Both the position numbers and the translations under genes were made by a program. From assembly GCA_039621445.1 (NCBI GenBank), contig CP154954.1:38711816-38775815 (forward strand): DNA of 64,000 nucleotides. Reading direction: 5' to 3'. The notes beneath the pieces are model-generated. The model ran no database searches and was not told where the DNA came from. It saw nothing but the letters and a program-made list of their open reading frames with translations. This stretch comes from Euglena gracilis (taxonomy: Eukaryota). Positions 1-11,400 of this stretch are shown one piece after another; position 1 is the first letter of the stretch; each line of letters opens with the position of its first letter.

Positions 1-205
1 GCCATGGCTATACACATCGGCAAACACACGAGGGTACAGATTCTCCAGCTCCTTTGTCCCGGGGGGTTGGTGCTACGGGCAGCAAGGAGTGGATGATTTG
101 TTGTTGCCCCCTCCTCTCCAGGGGTTTTCTTAAGCCGGAGGGGACCCTACCCCTGGGGGGGGGGCATCTTTTTTCCAGCCAGTGCCTCCCATCCGGGCTG
201 CGGAT

Positions 206-698
206 CAGGGGTTTTCTTAAGCCGGAGGGTACCCTACCCCCAGGGGGGGGGATCCAGCCAGCCAGCAGCTCAAATCCAGCCAGCAGCCCAAATTCGGGCT
301 GGGAGCCCCCCCGGGGGGGGGGGGGTCGAGTGAAATAAAGTCGGGTCCAGCCCGGCCGGAGGCCAGGCCAGCCGGCCGAAGGCCGGGCTAGCCGGCCACA
401 GGCCGTCCAGCAAACTGGGCTACCCAGCTCACCTATGCCTGCATTTTTTCCCCTCATCACAGCTTCCCAATCACAGCCCCCCAGCCTTGACCAAGCTCCA
501 TCCATCAAAATGTCGAAAATGGCAAAAATGTTTTAGAAAATTTTGTTTTTCATTGACCCAGCCCAGCCCAGCCCCCTCCAGCCCCGGACCCCCCCCCACG
601 GGGGGGCCCAGCCAGCAGCTCATTTCCAGACAGCCGCCGTTTTGCCAGCCCGAGGCTGGACCCCCCCCCCCCCCGGGGAGTCCTTAAGAAAACCCCTG
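206..698. mobile_element. Non-autonomous hAT-like TIR element (MITE family A)
   Basis: TIR CAGGGGTTTTCTTAAG...CTTAAGAAAACCCCTG; perfect 8-bp TSD CTGCGGAT (198-205, 699-706); closely similar copy at 35205-35693; a second, related left end starts at 119. Confidence 0.85.
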
Positions 699-2584
699 CT
701 GCGGATCCCCCCCAAGGGGCCAACTGATATAAAGTTTGGGCCAGCCTGTAACGCCGAACATCGCCAAAATTTTTGGAAAAAGGGACCAAAAATTCCCCCA
801 AAAATGGCATTATTTTTGGGGGGTCCTCACCTCCAAATCTTGCCTGAAAAATGCCAACCCAGCCTTTTAGATTTAGATTTGGGCTTTTGAGGGCATTTTT
901 TAGGTGCCTGTTGGGTCCAGCTCCCTGCCAGCCGCCCCCTCCCCCTGGACCCCCCACCCAACAGGGGGTCCAGCCAGTACCTTTTTCCCGCTGCCCGGCT
1001 CCTCTCTCCCTACCAGGGAGGTTTTTTTTGGTTTGGTTTGGTATGGCTCTCATACAAGGCGCAGTGCCGCGCTTCAGCGTGGGCATTGCCAAGCACCACG
1101 CCGCCCGTGGGCACACCAAGAGCCAGCGCCGCTCGTAGAACAACGGCAGGGACTGAAAAAGACAAGGAGGGGGTTCGAGGGGTTGCCGTTGAACATCGTA
1201 CGAGGCACTGAAGGGGGGGGCAAAGAGGCGATTGTCCAGGTGTCCACCTCATCCCAGAAATTTCTTGCCCGGTTTGCCGCGCCTTTCGACATGTTGCCCC
1301 CCTCCCGCCGCGAGGAGGCTGGGCACCGCTGGCTGGGGTCTCGGTGGGAGGGTCCCCCAGGGAGGGGTGACCCGCTTTGCGCCGTGGCGGGCAGGCCTGA
1401 GGCCGGGAGGCCTGGCTGCCGGTCCGCACCAACGAGATGCTGCGCCGCCGCCGCCACCTCGATGAGCAGGTGCGGTGCTTCCTGAAGGCATGCGCCGCGG
1501 AGGACGGCCAGGGCACCCGGCGGTGGCTCGGAGCCGCCCCGGTTTGTTCGCCTTTGGTGGTTGGGTCGCAGCCTCTTTTTGGTCGTTTTCCACGAGGAAA
1601 AATGCCATGCGGTTGTCTTGAGTGAAAGGGTCCTGCAGCAGGTTTTTTGCTTTCTTCTGAGTGCTTTTCTGTTTTTTTTATTTCAAGTTTCATTCAAGTG
1701 AAAGAGTTTCCTGCTGTTCTTTGCAGATTTTTTTGTTCTTTTGCAGTCCGGACAGAGGATACAGAAATTATGGGAAAACGTCTTGATTTTCCTATAGCTT
1801 CTTTTTCTCGTTGTCTTTGTCCGACATCTTTTTCCTTTGCCTTTTGGGAGGCAATCGAGGGGGCTTGTCAAATTTCACACACACACACATACACACACAC
1901 ACATACACACACATACACATACAACAAGACAGGGTTGAAATATGGTCTATTTTGAGGATTTATTCTGGAATGAATAGTGGAGAATCACCAACCAGAAGGT
2001 TACGTTAAGTCAAAATTTTCCCATATTTTTCCCCGTCATTTTTGCCCTTAATTATTTTTGCCCTGTAATTGTGTTCGTTTTCCCCTCCTTACGGCGCTGG
2101 GGTATGCCATCAGCGATTGGGCTTTCCTGCATCGTGGCGAGAATGAACCGAAATTCTGTTTGAATTTTCCAAGGAAAGTTATGGCAAAAATTTTGGGAAA
2201 GCTATGGCAAGGAAATCAAGCAACAGGCCATGAATTTTTGTAATTCCAAATTTCTGGGTAATAAATTATATTTGCGTTTTAATGACCTTGAGTGAGAAAG
2301 GATCACAGCAGCTCTTAACCACTGGGCGGTAACCACCTGGGGGGGGGATGACCACCCCAAATTTAAGCAACCAGTTGCTTATGTTTGGGGTTCCAAAATC
2401 GGCTCCAGGGGTTGCTTATATTTTGGGGTTGCTTACATTTGGAATCATTTGGAATTCGCGGAGTTATGTTGTTTTTATGCCGCTTTCATGAAAATTCTTT
2501 CATATTGTCTAGTTAGGGGTTGCTTGTATTTGGGGGTGCTCATATTTGGCTGTCGGCCGAAAATAGGCCAACATTCTTTATGTA

Positions 2585-3143
2585 CCTCCCCCCCTCCCTT
2601 GTCCAACGACCGGCCTTGTGCAACGACCACCCCCCGGTCAGTAGCGATCTTTTTCCAGGTGACCTTTTTTTCCCAGACGTTCGCGTTTGTAATTTTCACA
2701 AATTTCCACCAGTATCCCATCTGTAGTTGATTTCCATTCTTTTTTTGCCTGGTTTCCTGCAAATCATCACCTTTTGGCCTTTTTTGGCCATGTTTTTGGC
2801 CATTTTCGACCACTTTTGGACACTTTTGGCCACTCTGGGCTGCATTTGGCAATTTAAACCACTTTTGGCTGCTTTGAATGCATTTTTGCTTCATTTATGC
2901 CAATTTTTGGCTGCTTCTGGCTATTTTTGCACATTTGTGGCCATTTAAAGCCACTTCTGACAGCTTTTATCCGCTTTTTGCCCCCTTTTGACCAATTTTG
3001 GCCATTTTGTTCACCTTTTGTTCACCTTTTGTTCACCTTGGGACGAAGCGGGAGAAAAAATTTTGACCCTGGTCTTGTCTAACGACCCCCCCCCCCCCGG
3101 TCAGTCGATATTTAGTGGTCGTTGGACAAGGGGGGGGGGGAGG
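2585..3143. mobile_element. MITE with TA target-site duplication
   Basis: TIR CCTCCCCCC..CTTGTCCAACGACC / GGTCGTTGGACAAGGGG..GAGG flanked by TA at 2583-2584 and 3144-3145; same TIR family at 51095-51506. Confidence 0.75.
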
Positions 3144-4901
3144 TACACATTGGGGGGGTTAGCAAAACAAAGGGGTTCTCATCTGCTTGAATGCAAGCTG
3201 ACGGGGGTTTCGACGGCATTTTTCCAGTTTTTTTTTTCCGTTGGACCTGTGTGGGGTGGGGTTGGGGGGACGCATGTCGTTTCGATAGGGATAAGGGTTC
3301 TGGTTGGGAAGAAAAGTTGGGATTCAAAATCTGGCGGAAATCCGGCCTAAATCCGGCCTTCTAGAATTCTAGAATTCAGGCCGAACAGCCCTGAATTCTG
3401 AAGTCCTGAACCTAACCCTGTTCCAGAAACCCCAACCCTGGCCCATTTTTGTTTCCAGTAGGCCCGAACCCCAACCCTGTATCGGGGAGAGCTTGCTACA
3501 CCGTCCGGGACATCTCTGGTGGGGAAGGCGAAAATGCAGGCAAATTGGAGGTCCAGTTTATCTTCTTGAACGTGGGGGGGTCCAAACCCCCCTGAGGCGT
3601 GGGGCAATCCCCCCCATCAATACACTAACCAGCCCTCTGGGGCCCAGTGGTCACGGTGTAAAGGCTGCCAAGATCCCAAAATGAATTCCCTTTTTAGGTG
3701 TGAAGCACCAATCCCCCTCCCCATTTTTCTCTCCTCGCCTGAGCTCCTCCAGGTTCATGCATATTCTCGAGGTGTCCAGGAAATGGTAACCGCAAGGGGA
3801 AATCGCAATAAATACCTTTTGTAACTCCACCTGAGGGGTATATTCCAATCGGCCCAGATTCATTTAATCATCATTTGTGTGGTGCTCTCCACAACCATCA
3901 ACAGTGCCCTGCTTTTGAATCTCGCGATATTCAAAATGAAGTTGAAATGGACTTCGATTTCAGTTCTGCTACGCCCCACACCACCCCGAATTTCATACAG
4001 AGGCCCAACACGTACCACCCAGACGAGTTGCTGGAATACACCCACCGATCTGCCATGGGCTGTGCTGTCTCTGGATTTGTGTGCTGTGGTCTGGTTGTGT
4101 TTCATTTAGCCTTCCCCCCTCCAATTTGAATGCACGTTCATAGGTGATTTGCACCTATGCACTTTGCATAGTTTTTTTTCCGAATGGCCACCGAAGTTGC
4201 AGGTGTGGTTGTATGGTGGTGCATCACCACCTTTGGTGGCCGGGGGTATGGTTTTATCTGGACCGCGCATTTGTGCAACAGGGGGGGGGGGTGTTTATTT
4301 TCCTTTTTCAGCTGTCGGTTCAATTGACCAAGAGAAACAGGGAAGACTTCCTCATTTCTCAGTGCAATGTTCTTAAATAAAAAGTGGAAAATGCACCGCA
4401 TCTGGGGGTTGGTCTGTGCGTGCCCCCCCCCCCCCCCGAACAGACCCCCTTAAGCGGATTTTTTGCCTTTGTGCCGAAAATGAATCGTTGTGCAATTGTT
4501 TTGGATATGTGCCTTTAGAAAACTCCTTCAAGGGAAGTGCCCCCCATGCCAGGGGGGCCAAAATGGACCCCTTGGGAAGGGGCTTTGGGATACCCTCCCT
4601 GAGGGGCAGTTGCCCCCTCCCAAACGTATGCTGTTGTTCAACTTGTTATTTGACAGTTTTCCCTGCCGCGCCAACATTGGGGCAGCGGTCAGTGGGAGAG
4701 TGTCGGAGGTTGTCATTTTCGAAGTCCCCCCCAAAGGATGAGCGCGGTCCGCCGCCCAGAACGTCAGAGAGCTCTTCCCCCCTCCTTCCGGCAGTCTCGG
4801 TACTCTCGTCACAGCGAAACCACCCGCACCAACGGGGACGCCCGACGCATTTTGACGCTTCTGGTTGTTAACCTCATGGTGCCCAAAGCCATTATTTTGT
4901 T

Positions 4902-5738
4902 GGTGGTGGTGGAGGAGGAGGAGGTGGTGGTGGTGGTGGTGGTGGTGGTGGTGGTGGTGGTGGTGGTGGTGGTGGTGGTGGTGGGTGGTGGTGGTGGTGG
5001 TGGTGGTGTGTGGTAGGTGGTGGTGGTGGTGGTGGTGGTGGTGGTGGTGGGTGGTGGTGGTGGTGGTGGGTGGTGGTGGTGGTGGTGGTGGTGGGTGGTA
5101 GTTGGTGGTGGTGGTGGTGGTGGGGGTGGTGGTGGTGTTGTTGGTGGTGTTGGTGTGGTTGGTGGTGGTGGTGGTGGTCGTGGTGGTCGTGATGGTGGTG
5201 GTCGTGGTCGTGGTGGTCGTGGTCGTGGTGGTGGTGGTGGTGGTGGTGGTGGTGGTGGTGGTGGTGGTGGTGGTGGTGGTGGGCGTGGTGGTGGTGGTGG
5301 TGGTGGTGGCGGTGCTGGTGGCGGTGGTGGTGGTCGTGGTGGTGGTGGGAGTGGTGGTGGTGGATGGTGGTGGTGGTGTTGGTTGGTGGTGGGTGGTGGT
5401 GGTGGTGGTGGTGGTGGTGGTGTGGTGGTGGTGGTTGGTGGTGGTGGTGGTGGTTGAGTGGTGGTGGTGGATGGTGGTGGTGGTGGTGGTGGTGGTGGTG
5501 GTTGTGGGTGGTGGTGGTGGTGGTGGTGGTGGTGGTGGTGGTGGTGGTGGTGGTGGTGGTGGTGGTGGTGGTGGTGGTGGGGGTGGTGGTGGTGGTGGTG
5601 GTGGTGGTGGTGGTGGTGGTGGTGGTGGTGGTGGTGGTGGTGGTGGTGGTGGTGGTTGGTGGTGGTGGTGGTGGTGGTGGTTGTGGGGGGTGGTTGTTGG
5701 TGGTGGTGGTGGTGGTGGTGGTGGTGGTGGTGGTGGTG
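4902..5738. repeat. Imperfect (TGG)n trinucleotide tract
   Basis: Direct reading; poly-Val/Gly/Trp ORFs are by-products. Confidence 0.95.
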
Positions 5739-6640
5739 TTTTTGGTTTTTTTGTGGGGTTTTTGGTTGTGGGGGGGCTTTTGTTTTTTTGTTTTGGTTTT
5801 TTTTGTGGCCTGTGGTGTGGTGATTTGGTCATTTGGGTTTAATTTGCCCTGGTTTTTGTCGTTTTGGGTTTGCTGAGGGGGGCCTTTGATTTTTGTTTTT
5901 TGTTGTCTGGGGGTTTCTTGTTTTTCTTGGGTTTTGTTGTTGTTTGTGGGGTGTTGTTGTTGCAGTTTTTGGTTGCTTTTTTGTGGGTTTGCCTTGATGA
6001 TGGTTTTTTGGGTTGGGTTTGATTTTTGTTGATTGGCTGTTTAGCTTGTTGGGTTTTGTTTTTTTGGGTTTTTGGGTTTGCTTGGCTTTTTGTGTTTGTG
6101 GTGTTGGTTTCTTTTTTTTTTGGTTGTTTGGTTGGGGGTTGGGGGTTTTGGTTGTGTGTGTGGGGGGGGGTTTTTGCTGTGTTGTTGTTTTCTGTGGGGT
6201 TGTGGTTTTGTTTTCTGGTGTTTTGTGTTTTGTTTTGGGGTTTCTCTGTTTTTTTGGGGGTTGTTTTTTTGTGTTTTTTGTTTGTTTTTGATTTGGTTGA
6301 TGGTCTGGGTGTTTGGTTTGGGGCGGCTGACGGTTGTTTTTGGCTGTGTTTTTGGTTTGTTCTTTTTTTCTCCTTTTGTCTGGTCTCTTTTTGGTCTTTT
6401 CTTGCTTTGTGCTGGTTTCATGTTGGTTTGCTGGCTGTTGTTTTCCTGGATTTTTCTGTCTCTTTGTCTGCTGGGTGGGTGTTTTTGTTTGTTGTATTTT
6501 TGGCTTTGTTGTTTTTTTTTGTTTTGCGTTTTTTTTTTCCTGGTTTTGCTGTTCGTTGTTGTGCTGTTTGTATTTGGGTTGATGCTGTTTCTTGTGTGAT
6601 CGTGAGTTTTTGGGTTTTTCTTTGTTTTGTGGGGTTTTAC
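5739..6640. repeat. T/G-rich aperiodic low-complexity block, possibly low-quality sequence
   Basis: Almost no A, no period; directly abuts the broken 3' end of DIRS copy 1. Confidence 0.75.
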
Positions 6641-6657
6641 TTGTCCCCTCTGAAAAA

Positions 6658-9388
6658 TCAGAAGCACTTTGGTGAAAGATTGTCAAGTTTAGGGTATAAT
6701 CCCCTGGGTCCTTTTGCTCCCTGGTCAGGGAGTCTGCCAATTGCTCTTTTGTGGGGACCCAAACCACCTGCAAATTGATTTTCTTTTCCTGACAATGATA
6801 CAGCAGGGGTTTTAAGATGGAATTTAGGTAGGGCTTTCTGCCTCCCCATTTTGTTAAATAACTTACAGCCACCTGGCTGTCCACATGAAGCATTATTGTT
6901 TGCTTTGGTTTGGCCAGACTTTTTACTGTCTCCACTGCTGACATCAACTCTTTTTGGGTGATGTGAAGGATGTGCAGGTCCCTCCAAAAATCCTGCACTT
7001 TTTGGCCTGAATTTTTGTCCAGCCCCCCCCCACTGCCAGGTGCTGCTGTCTGAGAACAGTTCCTGAGAGGCCTGGGATTGAAATGCCCTGCCAACACCTG
7101 GCTGCAAAAACGTTTTTAACTCCACAATTTGATCTTTGACCACCTGGGGAATGGTCAGGGTGTGGTCCCAACCCCACTTTGTGTGTAAATCCACCATTTT
7201 GCAAAGTTGATCTGTCAGAATTCTGAGAAAAGGCATGGAAACTAAATAGCTTCTGACTTGCCCTACAATAGAGCTGAGTTTTCTGCAGCTCATCTTTTGT
7301 GCTCTCAGCACCTTTCCTAATTCCTTTCTTAGGCATTTTAATTTTTCCTGTGGAATTTCCAGCTGGCCTTTTTTCAAATTGATCCACTGGCCCAAATGCT
7401 TTATTTCTTGTGTTGGTTCCAGACATGATTTGGGGAGGTTTATTCTGAAACCTGCCAGTAAAAGATCTTTTTTTATTTCTGCCAAATGCTGGGCTGCTGT
7501 CTTTTTGCTGGGGGCTAACAGCAAAATGTCGTCTAGGTAGATGAAAACTACCTTTCCTTCCTTTCTCCATTTTCTCTCCCAAACTCTCATGAGAGTCATA
7601 AATTTTTGTGGCAGGCTGCTTATACCAAAGCATGCAGCTTGAAATTGCCACGTTTCCCCCCCCCCCCACCTGCATGCACAGATGTTTTTCCAGACTGCTG
7701 TGCAGTTTTAAGTGGAAATATGCATCTTTCAGGTCTATTTTTCCACAGAACCAACCCTTTCTGAGATATGGGAAGATGTTTCCCATGTGTTCCAATCTGA
7801 ACTTCTGGGGGGTGAAATGGAGATTTAACTGTCGACAATCTGAAATCAGTCTTTCCTTGGTCTTTTCCCGTTCCTTTTTGGAAATGATAAAATAAGGGAC
7901 AAAATGTTTTGCTTCCTCTGGGGGGATTTGCCTGGTTGCCCCTGCACATTCGTATTCTCTCAGAATGTTCTGGGCGGTCATTATTTCTTGGGGAGTTTTG
8001 AAGGGAATTTTTAAGGACATCTGAGGGGGAAGATCTGCCCTGACCCCTTCCCTTATCAGGTTTAATACCTCTGTGCTGGCCCCTGCCTTGACCCAATGGG
8101 GAATGCTGGCCTGCAGGGCCATGAATGGGGGCACCCCTGGGTGTAATTTGTCTGGGGATTCCACAGGCCCCATCACTGGGGTCCTTCCCCCTGGCTGCCC
8201 CATCACTGGGGTCATCTCTGGCTGCCCCATCACTGGGGTCACCTCTGGCCCTGCCATAGGGCTTCCCAAGGACAGGCTTTCCCCCTGTTTTTGAAAGATG
8301 GGGGAAGGTCTGTTTCTGCAGTGGGGAGGTACATATAAAGCTGGGGGGTGTGGGCTGATTATCTTCTGGGGGGGCCCTGGTGTAGCCAATCTTGGGCCTC
8401 CCCCCCAAGGGCTGTGGTCTTGAATGCATTGGCCTCCCATGGCCACCTGATTTTGATTGAAATGGCCTCCATTGGCCTTGATATTTGCCCCCTGGCCTCC
8501 ATTGGCCTCTTGGATATAATGGCCTCCATTGGCCTTCCCCTGAAAGGGGGGCTGCTTGCTTGAATGGGCAGCTCTTTGACTCTGAATAAAATGGCCTCCA
8601 TTGGCCTCTTGATTTTGAATACAGTGGCCTCCATTGGCCTTCTGTCCCCGATGGGGGGGCTGTTTGCTGCATTGATTGGCAGTCCCTGAAGGGTTTATGT
8701 TTAAGGCAGCTGTGGGGTAAGATGGACATACCTTTCCCCTGGGGCCTTTCAGCCTTTGCTTCTGGCTTCCATAGCCTTGCAGTTGGGCTCCATGCCCTTG
8801 ATAATGATGGCTGCCATAGCCTTGTTGAAAAGGGTCGCCATGCCCTTGATGTAATGCTTTCTTTGGAATGTTCCCCTTGAGAGGGGGTGGTGATGGGAAA
8901 CCGGGGGGGTAGTCTTCTCGACCTGTCTCCCCATTTCTTGCCCTCTGGGCTGTGGGCTGTTGTTGTCTTTGTCTCCTCGACTTTCTGGCCACCAATGTCC
9001 AGGGTCCATGGCCGTCGTTGAATGATTGGAATTGAAAATTTTTTGGGAAAATGGAAGATGTGGGGGTTGCGACGGCCACGGAGTGGTGTTGTGCTCCTGC
9101 CCCGTCGTCGTCTCCAGCTTCTGCTGCTCCTCCACTCTTCTCCACTTCCAGTTTCTTCCTTGAAACTCCTTGTGCTGCAGCTCGACAGCTTGGTTCCATG
9201 TTGGTTGCTCCGGCGCCTGCTGGAACTCCCTCTTCTCCAGCTTCTGCTGTCTTCCCTGGGGTTCTTTTTTGCTCCACTGGGCTGCTGGACGCCAGGTCTG
9301 GTGCATCTCTCATGGAAACAAAATTTTCCTTCCTCCGCTTTTCCGTGTCGTCTGAATTGCTCTTCCTTCTCAGTATTGATTGATCCAA
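6658..9388 (-). pseudogene. DIRS pol (low-complexity N-terminus, RT, RNase H), frameshifted
   Basis: YFIISKK..RLISDCRQLN, KIDLKDAYFH, FIYLDDILL (YLDD at 7528-7539), IKHLG, LFSDSSTWQWG, HITQKEL, HVDSQVAVSYL, WVPTKEQLADSLTR, spread over ORFs 6944-9388, 6658-7599 and 5829-7097 with shifts at G runs. Confidence 0.92.
8160..8640 (-). repeat. Short coding tandem repeats inside the copy 1 ORF
   Basis: 27-bp unit x3 (TPVMGQP) at about 8165-8250 and about six ANGGH/ANGGQ-type units (TGGCCTCCATTGGCC) at about 8430-8640. Confidence 0.8.
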
Positions 9389-9583
9389 TTGCTGAACGTT
9401 GCTGAACTCGTTGAGTTGAAATTTCTTTCTCCTTGAGGTCGAAGGGCAGAATTAGGAATCAGCCAACTCCGGCAACAAAAAGCAGTAAGAAGCACCCCCC
9501 GCGCACGCACAAACACACCACAACAGAACAGCCGGCAAGGAAAGCAGGACCTCACCATCTCGCAGTGCGGAGCCCGAGTGGTC

Positions 9584-9730
9584 AAATTTTTTCCAACACA
9601 TCTTTCATTGAAGTCCGTTGAACACGTGATTGATTTTTGTCTTCCGTATTGACCGCACTCGTAGAGTTGAAAGTCTTTCTCCTTGAGGTGGAAGGGCAGA
9701 ATTAGGAATCAGTCAACTCCGGCAACAAAA
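9584..9730 (-). mobile_element. Fragment of a third (host) DIRS copy: inner part of left ITR and 5' region
   Basis: 9655-9730 aligns with 9405-9480 of copy 1 (GAGTTGAAA..TCTTTCTCCTTGAGGT.GAAGGGCAGAATTAGGAATCAG.CAACTCCGGCAACAAAA). Confidence 0.8.
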
Positions 9731-9884
9731 GAGTACTCCCGGGAAGCATGACCAGGGAGGAAGTGACCATGAGGGCGGAGCACAAGAGGGGGGTGAGATC
9801 CTGCTTTGTGTGCCGGCTGTTTTGTTGTTTGTGTTCTTTTTTGGCGGGGTGCTTCTTACTGCGACTTTGGTGCCGGAGTTGGCG
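9731..9884 (-). repeat. Right ITR plus 3' terminal extension of DIRS copy 2
   Basis: 9801-9884 is an imperfect inverted repeat of 14393-14473; 9731-9797 is the reverse complement of 10008-10074 with one mismatch in 67 bp. Confidence 0.9.
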
Positions 9885-10007
9885 ATGATGTGCCTCCGAC
9901 ACCGACTTGGCGAAGGTGAACCGCAGGGGCCCCCCGGCCCGTGAGCAGGGGCGTTTCCCCCCCCCCCCCCCGGGGTTTGTTTTTTTTTTTGGGGGGGTTG
10001 GGGGGGC

Positions 10008-10110
10008 CTCACCCCCCTCTTGTGCTCCGCCCTCATGGTCACTTCCTCCCTGGTCATTCTTCCCGGGAGTACTCGACCATTCGGGCTTCGCACCTTCAGG
10101 GGGTGAGACT
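10008..10110 (+). other. Internal complementary region (ICR) of DIRS copy 2
   Basis: + strand reads ...CCCGGGAGTACTC|GACCATTCGGGCTTCGCACCTTCAGGGGG, the element 3' end joined to its 5' start (reverse complement of about 14472-14507). Confidence 0.92.
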
Positions 10111-10164
10111 GTGTGTGTTCACGACCCCTTTTTCAAATTTTTTTTTTTGCCGAATCCACCGCCC

Positions 10165-11050
10165 CCATCTAGGTAATGGGCTGAAAAAGCTGGCATTTTT
10201 CCACTGCCCAAGTTCACAGCCTCCTCACTGGACAATCCCAGCTTTTTGTACATCAAAAACTGCCTCCTGCCCCCCTGGTGCTGTGGGCTTTCCATTGGGA
10301 AATGGGAATGCCAAAAAGTGGAAGTCCAGCAAACGGCCTTTGTCAAAGAGTTGATTCTGTTGGAGGACAAGGGTTTTTTGCCATCCAAACTCCACAACAT
10401 GGGGCACCCTGGGGGATGAAGATGTTCTCTTCACATACTCTCTCATCAAATGATATGAGACTCAAAGATGGAATGGAATCAATCTTCAACACTTGCTCCC
10501 ACTTTGGTGAAGGCCATCCCTTTCTCCTGACCAAAATGAAAATTTTTCCCCCACCACTGAAATGGTCCTCTGGGTTCTGGCCAGGTCCACCCCCCTGTGA
10601 AGAGCCAAAAGTCTGAAAGAAATGATTCTCCATCTCAATTCCACGATGGACATGTCAGAAATTTTTGTATGGCTCTGCAACTGCAAAATGGGTAGGGGGT
10701 CCCAAAAAACAGCGCACCTCTGCTCTGAACGATTTCATGCCTTTTTGACCTTTTTCAGTAAAGGAGGTAATCTGAGGGACTCCCAACCAGGTAATATTGC
10801 AGTGAGGCATACGCACATCGAGCATCGCTTTGTGACAGTTTGTGAAGGTCCAGCAGGGCACTGGCCAGCTCCATCTTGGAGACTTGCAAGGGCTCCAGTC
10901 CTTTCTGTTGCAAAATTACAAACAGTTTTCTGAATGCACTGTCATAACGTTTCAGTGGTCCCAAACTCCTCAGGACATTTTCAATGTCTTGATGTGACAT
11001 TTTTTGCTGTTCCAAAAGGAACCTGATACCACTGTGCAAGCCAGGGGCCA
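10165..11050 (-). pseudogene. Tyrosine recombinase (YR) ORF of DIRS copy 2, multiply frameshifted
   Basis: N-terminal LKRYDSAFRKLF; box I-like FRLLALHRGVDLART (about 10580-10625); HxxR motif QWKAHSTRGAG (10265-10297); ELGQWKN and AHYL with candidate catalytic Tyr (about 10170-10220); overlaps the end of pol as in DIRS. Confidence 0.85.
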
Positions 11051-11400
11051 TTTTGGCTTTGGCATTGATTGCCCCCAACAGTTGCTGAACATGCCTTCCC
11101 TGGGGGGTAAGACCAACATTCCTGTCCCTGGTTTGGACATTTTGATTAATAGGGGCCACCATGGACTCGAAACCCACATGGGTGTCACCAAAAGACATTT
11201 CACCTGCTTGTTCAGCCTCAGTCTGATGAGCCATGGAAAAATTACCTTCCATGGGGGGTTGGCATAAACCTCTTTGGCTGAGCTCAGGTCGCATTTCAAT
11301 GCATCCACCAGAAAAGCCTGGTGGTGTGGCCATCTGGCCACAAATTTTTTGGAATTTTGCATTTCCTGGAGATGCAAACATGTCTGTGTCTGGAGCAATG
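10970..11400 (-). pseudogene. DNA N6-adenine methyltransferase-like domain at the pol C-terminus
   Basis: DTDMFASPGNAK (11355-11390), VDAL, VYANPPW (YANPPW at 11249-11266), LLVTPMWVSSPWWPLL; one frameshift in an A run. Confidence 0.88.

Larger units (their letters stand above)
6645..9583 (-). mobile_element. DIRS1-like retrotransposon copy 1, 3'-truncated after RNase H
   Basis: 5' terminus GACCACTCGGGCTCCGCAC at 9583 shared with 14604; ITR-like segment 9462-9550 resembles the ITRs of copy 2; RT and RNase H motifs downstream. Confidence 0.9.

Noticed and set aside
119-1006. Outer family A-like MITE with TSD CTCCTCTC
   Set aside because: The 8-mer recurs at 999-1006 but no matching right TIR precedes it
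1030-1620. GC-rich host exon(s)
   Set aside because: Open on both strands, with no recognisable domain or splice structure
4902-5738. Telomeric repeat
   Set aside because: Plain trinucleotide TGG at an internal position, with no TTAGGG-like unit
4528-6778. Poly-Pro/Thr/His, poly-Gly/Val/Trp and Lys/Gln-rich ORFs
   Set aside because: Translations of (TGG)n and T/G low-complexity sequence
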